From assembly GCA_003990765.1 (NCBI GenBank), contig RBNJ01000096.1:1-42006 (forward strand): a stretch of 42,006 nt of DNA. Direction: 5' to 3'. This document shows positions 35,385 to 42,006 of the stretch, in pieces. Origin of the DNA: Jimgerdemannia flammicorona (lineage: Eukaryota). Each line of letters starts with the position of its first letter. Within the stretch, counting starts at the first letter, position 1. The position numbers were made by a program, and so were the translations under genes. Under the pieces are notes generated by a model. The model was not told the DNA's origin and did no database searches. It worked only from the letters and a program-made list of their open reading frames with translations.

Positions 35385-36030
35385 ATTAGAGGTAAGATTT
35401 TTTAAAAAAAAAAATCATATTTGACTTAAAATAATACTATATATAAGTATATATATAAGTACATAAATATAAAAAATATATAATATCTCAGTTAACTATA
35501 ATGATAGTCTCTCTTTAGAAAAGTTATTATATAAAGAGTTTTTGATAATAATTAACTAATAAAATAGATTATAAAAAAGTTTAAATTTTATTATACATAC
35601 TAGAGTTAGTTTAGAATATCAGTAAGAAGATCTCAAATAATAAATTACTAATCTGTAATAGTACTTCTCAGACTATAAGATTATAAGTGATATGTATTAA
35701 TCTAGAACTTAATTAGAAATATATAAGAGAAGTTATAAAAGTAGTATTTATCTATAAAAAAAACTAATTATATATATATATTACTTTAAATTAGAACATA
35801 AAGTAGATTATTATAAAAAATAAAACTCAACTTATACTTCTCAGTTTTGACATTAATATCAATAGTAATAAGATTAGTAATCTTACCAAAACTTACTTTT
35901 ATTATTAATATAATATAATAAATTATATTATATTACTAATTATATATATAAAGATGAGAAACTACAATTTATCTTTAATATATAATCTACTCTAATGAGA
36001 TATTCCTATACTATCAAAGCATGATATATG
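35385..36030. repeat. AT-rich, CpG-free degenerate repeat relic of unknown class
   Basis: Abrupt compositional shift identical in character to the decayed elements on the left. No diagnostic motif recognised. Confidence 0.45.
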
Positions 36031-36229
36031 AGATCTGTACAGTAGGCTAAGGTCAAGCTGGGATTTTTCCAGAAAAGTCAAATGCTCAGAAAGGCAGACT
36101 TCTAGCTCTTGTAGTGGTGACTAGGTTTCAATTTAGTTGTCTGGATGATTGACAGTATGAAGAGAATGAAATGATTTCATAGCAATTATTTCTGATTCAT
36201 AAACAGTTGATGTTCATTGTATAAATGTC

Positions 36230-36267
<38 letters not shown>

Positions 36268-37022
36268 ACAATAATAATAATAATTAAAATATTGTAAAAG
36301 GAGACCAAAGGTTCTGGACACAGTAACCACCCTGGGAAAAATCGTTTGCCCAAGAGATCCGCGGCATATGTCCATAATAGGTATACTTCTCCCGTACAAG
36401 TGCGGTACATAACTCGATGGGTATGTTTGAACATGTACTGAACCGCGTTCACAGGGTCATTTTTAGCTGTCTGCTCTTCAGATGATGTAGTATGATGTAC
36501 ATAGTGCATCATGCAGTGCGAGCAGCATTGCCTTCGTAATTTCGAACTATATGAACCAAACCGCAAGGATTTCATTTTTTTCAAATTCAAAACCAACGCC
36601 AATTCCATAGTTCAACTCAACGAACTCCTAATTACAATTCACACGCCTCACACTTACTTAGGTACCAATTAATCTAACTAATCTCCGATACGGGCGATAC
36701 TGACCACATTAACCATGGTGCACGCGCCCTCTTCGAAGCCTTCTCTCACAATCTCACACGCAGCCTAAAGAAGTTCGCCCTGATGGGCGTCGAATCGGAG
36801 ACCTTGCATGAATTTACTGTCTTTGACGCAAGGGCGGATCCGGGACCAACGTCGACCCTGTAGACGCTAGTGGTTAAATCAGGGAAGTACGGGTTACCGT
36901 CACATGTCCACCCTTCAATGATAAGATGATCGGGCTTTTCGATTGACAGTTGCTCCGTCGCGGAACGTCTCGTCGTACTTTTGCCTCCAAATCACCTAAC
37001 GAAACCCCCTCCCATCTTGAAA

Positions 37023-37635
37023 ATGTTTCCCGTTCACCAACTCACTACTGCCGCCTCCACCCTCGTTCCCCGTTGTGTTCCCATCCTGCTCCGGCGATCT
37101 CTGACCACTGCCTTGCAGTTGAGCCCCGACAAGTCGGATAACGGGGATGACGTGAAGCCGTGGAGCAACGAGTACTCTGTCTCCGGCACGACCTGGGAGA
37201 CTGTCATGCATAGCACGACCACGAACGCGACGGTCGATCCCGAGTTGGAGATGCGCGAATTGGAGGGGGAGATCGGGAATATGGGATTTCGTGGCAACTT
37301 GAAGACGGTTGGTATCCATGTTTTCCCATCATCGGTAGTCCCAAATGCAGTTTAATTAATTTAATTACATATATCCATGTCCATGCGTGGGATACTTAAA
37401 CTGTAACTCCCCGCTACCTCCGCATCTGCAACCCAATAAGATGCCCTCCGTCCTCACTTGGTCTGCTGCCAATAGCCAGATCAGCAGCTGGTGTGCCTCC
37501 GAACGCGAGGCCGCCGCCTCGGCCATCGCCTTTCCCAGGGAACCCTGGATCGCACGCCACCAGCCACCGAGACCCCACCTTCAGCGCGGTTTGTTCAAGC
37601 CCGTGTACAAGCCTCTTATGAAGCATTTGGAGTGA
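37023..37635 (+). CDS. Hypothetical protein, two exons (37023-37307, 37441-37635), ~159 aa, possible mitochondrial presequence
   Basis: GC-rich coding-like blocks joined in phase by a GTTGGT...AAG intron of 133 nt. The N-terminus MFPVHQLTTAASTLVPRCVPILLRRSLTT lacks acidic residues and has an RRSL motif. Confidence 0.55.
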
Positions 37636-38496
37636 GGTCGTTGGCCCGTTGCCACTAAAACAAATTGATCTAGTGTAAATATATAGTTATGAAATATCGG
37701 TTCATTCTTTGTTACCTTCGTCCTTTCTTTAATTACTCTAGCTAGTTTATTCATACTCTTGTGCTGTCCTTTGTACAAACTTCATGTAAATAGTTGTAGG
37801 CGACGGAGTGTATGTTTTATCATTGTATCTGAATTCTGAATATCTGTTACTATGGATTGTGTCACAATAAATGTTACGAAAAATAAGGTGAAGCTTGACC
37901 TGTCATGAAGTGTATCAGGCATTCTATAATAATTAGAGTTACTGGCCCGGTGTTCGATTTTGTCCATTAGAAATTGACATTATCAGCCCTCCCACGTGGT
38001 CATAGATATCGTCATGGTGTGCTTTTTCTCTTTAATAAGGTTATCCATTGACCAAATAACGTTGGACTAGCAGGACGCTTGGCCCCTGAAACACCAATCT
38101 CGATGTCATTGGTCAGACTCGATAACTAGACCAGGTAACGTACATGATTTGAAGCGAGCCGAGTGTCATAGCGTTAGCTGATAGATATACATCATTTGAC
38201 CTATTAACAGCAATCAATCGTACACGGACTTGGAAATTCGATGAAGCGAAACGAAACACGAAAAGGTTTCTCCGTGCACTCTAGGCAAGGCAAGAGAACA
38301 AAACGAAATATTGAAGGTTTCACCATACATACGGCATTAGCCATGAGCAATAGCTTGATCCCTAATGTACAAAAACCGAAATGTAAAAAACTATCGTGTT
38401 CCTCCCATATACATTTCTGCCTCTATCTCCTCGGAGGCCACCCCCCATGAAAGCCCGGCTGCTTGGTCTGAAGCACAATCCATTTCACCGATCGCC

Positions 38497-41342
38497 TCAC
38501 CTCTTCCCCCAGAAGCTCAATAGGCTCTTCTGGTCCGTCGGCCCGCTCCCCCCCCTCTTGCCGCGTCCCTTCCCGGTCGACGCGGCGGCAGCAAGCTGCT
38601 TCACGACTGCCTTAGGAAATTCAGGCTCATCTTCCGAGTATGATTCCCACTCCCAGGCGTCCTCCGTGACTAGATCCACCGAGGGTTGATAAACGGTATG
38701 CGTAAGATAAACGGGTAATGGAACAGACTTCCGACAATCGATATAAGACTATTGCGTTCCTCTTGGTCACAAGAACAATAATCGCATAATCAAATAATCA
38801 CGATGCCACATACCCATGAATCCTCTCGCGTTTACGTGATGCTTCTTTTTGAGTACTTTGCGTTTAAGGCGGCGCCTCTTGGAGGGTGCGTAAATTTCTT
38901 CCGACTCAGCCGCATTCATCATCGTTTCTGAAGATTGTTGGCCTGAAGTGTCGAGAATCCGACGCCATCAACATATGCACCCTGAAATTTTCCAACCTGA
39001 CCAGACACGACCAAAGCAAGCCTACTCACCGTCCACATCCATCTCTATGACAGCCTGTTCCTCCTCGACCTCTACCTTCACGTTCCTCCTCTCCTCGTCC
39101 TCCTCTGCTTCCTCTTCGACACCCCCACCCCGGCCGGCACCTTCGTCGACCTCCCCCGCCTGCCTCGCGGACATGGCGAGTCGCCGATCACGCTCCTCGT
39201 CCGAATCGTCGTCGGCCGATGAGACATCTGAGGAGCAAAATACAAGTAGAAATGGATGATTATCCAGAGCTCTATTGAAAACGCGGCGATTTGCGATGTG
39301 AACAAGATAGAGACCTGATTCTTGCAAAACAATCTTTCTCTTTCGGCTCCTTGTACCTTGCTTTATGATAGTGATATTAAGAGGATGAGTCCAAGTTAGT
39401 GTCTCGCAACATGAGCATTAAGGTAATTCACGGGCACTTTCATCCTTTTCTACCCGGAACTAGGTCCACTCACGATCTCCTCGTCCAATTCCTGCTCTAC
39501 CCTTTTGTCTACGTCCTTGGCCTTGTTCGTCATTGCAACCGCGGCCCCTTCCGTTTTCTTCGATAACGACATTGTGGCGATCTTTGACGACGTCGATGTG
39601 GTGCGAGTGATGGAGACCTCGACTTTGTTGGCATCACTTCGGGAGTAAGAATTTTATGAAACGTGTAGCCAATAAATCGTTCAGAATATCCGCAAAACAC
39701 CCAATAAAGAGTGATGAAATAGTGGAAGAACCCAAAACTCACCTATTCTCCTTCGTCTGAGTCATGGTGGCAGCCTTCCCAAAGAACGAGGACATTGTCT
39801 TGGATTTGGATCTGGATAGCTATTCCGTAGAAACGCGACGGATGATTGGACAACAATAATCAAGGAGCAAACTGGGTGAGTCAAATTATGTAAACCAAGA
39901 GTCGTACCTCCAACAGAAGGAAAGGGAGAAAAGAAAGGAAAATCCTACGTCGGAAACAGATTTCGGATTTGCAGATTGTGTGGCAGCCCCAGATGAAGTC
40001 GATTTCTAATCAGAACCGAAAATCACGTAATAAGAACGATTCGTATCCTAAAAACATCCCACTAGATAAATGTATTAACACAGCGCAAGCCCACCTCAAT
40101 AGGTTTACTTGTCGTTTTTGAGATCGGTGCTGGTGCAACTACGGGAGGTTTTCGTCTGAAATCATTGATCTTGAAATCCGGGTGTATAATGACGCCGAAT
40201 CTGTTAGGAGCACTCCGTTAGGGATAACACGGAACATGGTTCATACGATAATCGCATGCGCAACCTTCGGAGAAACCAACCCTTTCAACGCAAATTCGAC
40301 GAACAAAAGAGCATCGCACATACCGAGACAGGTCTTTGGCGTCAAAGTTTGGAATATCATGGTTCGCTGCCACCAAAATAGATACGTCCTGTTTAGGACA
40401 GGGCGTAGAATGATGAGAATAGAGTACAGTATGCAGCGACTTGATGATAAGCTCGGTCACGAAGGTGAGGGCCTACATTTGGTCGACAGGGCTGAACGCT
40501 GTACACGTGAATGGATGTGATGACCTTGAACTGCTCTTTGGCGGCTAATGTAAAACAATGGAATCCAAATAAGCGAAACTTAACCCGTCTCCAACTGACG
40601 AATGCTGGCTTGTGCATGCAACATAAGATGTTCACGGTCTACCGTTTCTACATCTCTTTTTGACTTTTGAAGGCAAAAAAATCCAACTTGCGCATCTTCC
40701 CTATCAAGCAAAGTTTTTGACCTTACACATTTTGATTGGGGGTTTTTATGTTGGCTTCCATTCCCTTTTCATTGTGCGCGAGACTGCTCAATGTACTTCC
40801 GACCATCCTGTCCTTCCCACAGGCAAGTATATATGCTTTCTCACAACTGGCTAAAAAATTTGACGAATGTAACCGAAATCGAGGCACAAGTAAGCGGCTC
40901 TCACAGCCATACCTTCAACTTCCTCCTGCGGCACCAAAGTAACGAGTTGTTGGTCGTTATCCTTCGTGAAGCCACACAGGCAATAGGTCGCGTGCGAGTC
41001 CTTTTTCGTATTCGTCGTGGAGAATTCGTAGAGCATCCTGGCGAGATGGAAATGGAGAATGATAAACTTGAAGGGCGAGAATGATTTCTGACTCTTATGT
41101 TTCAATATTCTCCGCACTTCAGAGAGAGATGAGTGGAAGGCGAAAATACTCACTGCTTTGCCACGTTCACATGGACATTCAACCGTCTGCTCAACCATTT
41201 GTAAGTGATCTAGGTAAGGTCGGGGTGTAAGCCAGGAACAGTGACGAAATGGTATGTTTAACTTGGGATAAATGCGACATACTATCTTCTTCTCGTGGTT
41301 AACGAGGACATTCAACAGGTCCAAGTAGTGTTCTTCGGGCAT
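38497..41342 (-). CDS. POLD3: DNA polymerase delta subunit 3 (POLD3/Cdc27/Pol32), 13 exons, ~440 aa
   Basis: Exons: 41342-41283, 41209-41154, 41037-40913, 40544-40477, 40388-40324, 40200-40095, 40005-39949, 39819-39743, 39636-39474, 39360-39315, 39227-39030, 38942-38814, 38669-38497. All introns are GT-AG and phase-consistent (1323 nt coding). Motifs ITYKWLSRRLNVHVNVAKQMLYEF, SIHVYSVQP, KRKVLKKKHHVNARGFMVTEDAWEWESYSEDE and a C-terminal PIP box QKSLLSFW. Confidence 0.95.
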
Positions 41343-41449
41343 CACAAGTTGTGGAGAGGGCAACGCGTCGCGTAAGTTGTGGATACGGTGAGAATCGACA
41401 GATTGCTTTGAGCAAATGACGTCACACCACCAGTCCTTTTACTCTTAGC

Positions 41450-42006
41450 AAAGATTTGCTTATTTAAATTATATATTCTTTTATCTATAAATAAGATTAT
41501 TTTTTAAAATCATTTAGCAGACAAATTAAAGTTTGTTAAAAATATAACTTAATTTGGTCAAAAAAATTTTTTTTTTTTTTAAAAACTATTATAATTTTAA
41601 AAAATATAAACTTTAAAAATCTCACCTTTAAATATAGATATAAAATAGATAAAGAGATACTATTGAGAACAATCTGATCTATTTATTAAAAAAAACAATC
41701 TGATCTATTATCAAGATAAAGTCTATCTATTATATAAGTAATATAGAACTCTACTATAAAATATTATATATAAGAATATTATAACTCTCTACTTATTAAT
41801 TATCTTAGAATTAAGAATTCAGAAACTTCTTTCTTTTGAACTATACTGGTCAAAAGGTCTGGGTGGAAATTGGATCCCTATCCCTTACTCTGTAATGCAG
41901 CCGAATTTGGCTGCAAAAAAAAAAAACTATAAAAATATTATAAAAATAAAAAAAAAATCAAAAAAATAAAATTATCAAAAAAAAATTTAAAAATTTAAAA
42001 TTTTTT
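41450..42006. repeat. AT-rich degenerate repeat region, unclassified, running off the window end
   Basis: Sharp drop in GC with A/T homopolymer runs. Contains one GC-rich island with a hairpin at 41896-41915. Confidence 0.45.

Noticed and set aside
34544-36262. Poly(T) runs at 34544-34566 and 36234-36262 as retrotransposition tails
   Set aside because: I found no TSD and no similarity of the adjacent sequence to the retroelement 3' ends in this window.
40851-41363. 170-aa ORF, and ORFs 39022-39327, 40218-40460 and 40393-40635, as separate genes
   Set aside because: They are read-throughs of POLD3 exons into introns.

Overview
Eukaryotic, almost certainly fungal DNA. The intron-rich gene structure and L1-clade LINEs suggest a lineage other than the filamentous ascomycetes, possibly Mucoromycota (inference only). 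Bases 1-33.9 kb are a nested transposon graveyard heavily eroded by C>T/G>A transitions and depleted of CpG. It holds: three full-length (~5.85 kb) L1/Tx1-clade LINEs plus two 3' fragments; a Ty3/gypsy-type relic whose gag zinc knuckle is followed in frame by a dUTPase and then the protease; a Ty1/copia relic; four hAT-type MITEs (8-bp TSDs, three clear and one approximate); three copies of a ~1.2 kb poly(A)-tailed element sharing one 5' end; a non-coding LTR-pair element; and several LTR-like repeats. One locus shows five levels of nesting. From ~33.9 to 41.4 kb the DNA is mostly CpG-normal and carries a frameshifted MOV10/SDE3-like helicase fragment, a probable two-exon hypothetical gene and a complete 13-exon DNA polymerase delta subunit 3 (POLD3/cdc27) gene. 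The most unusual item is the gag-dUTPase-protease order, which is invisible in the ORF track. All calls come from manual translation and alignment by eye; no searches were run, and element boundaries without a TSD are approximate.
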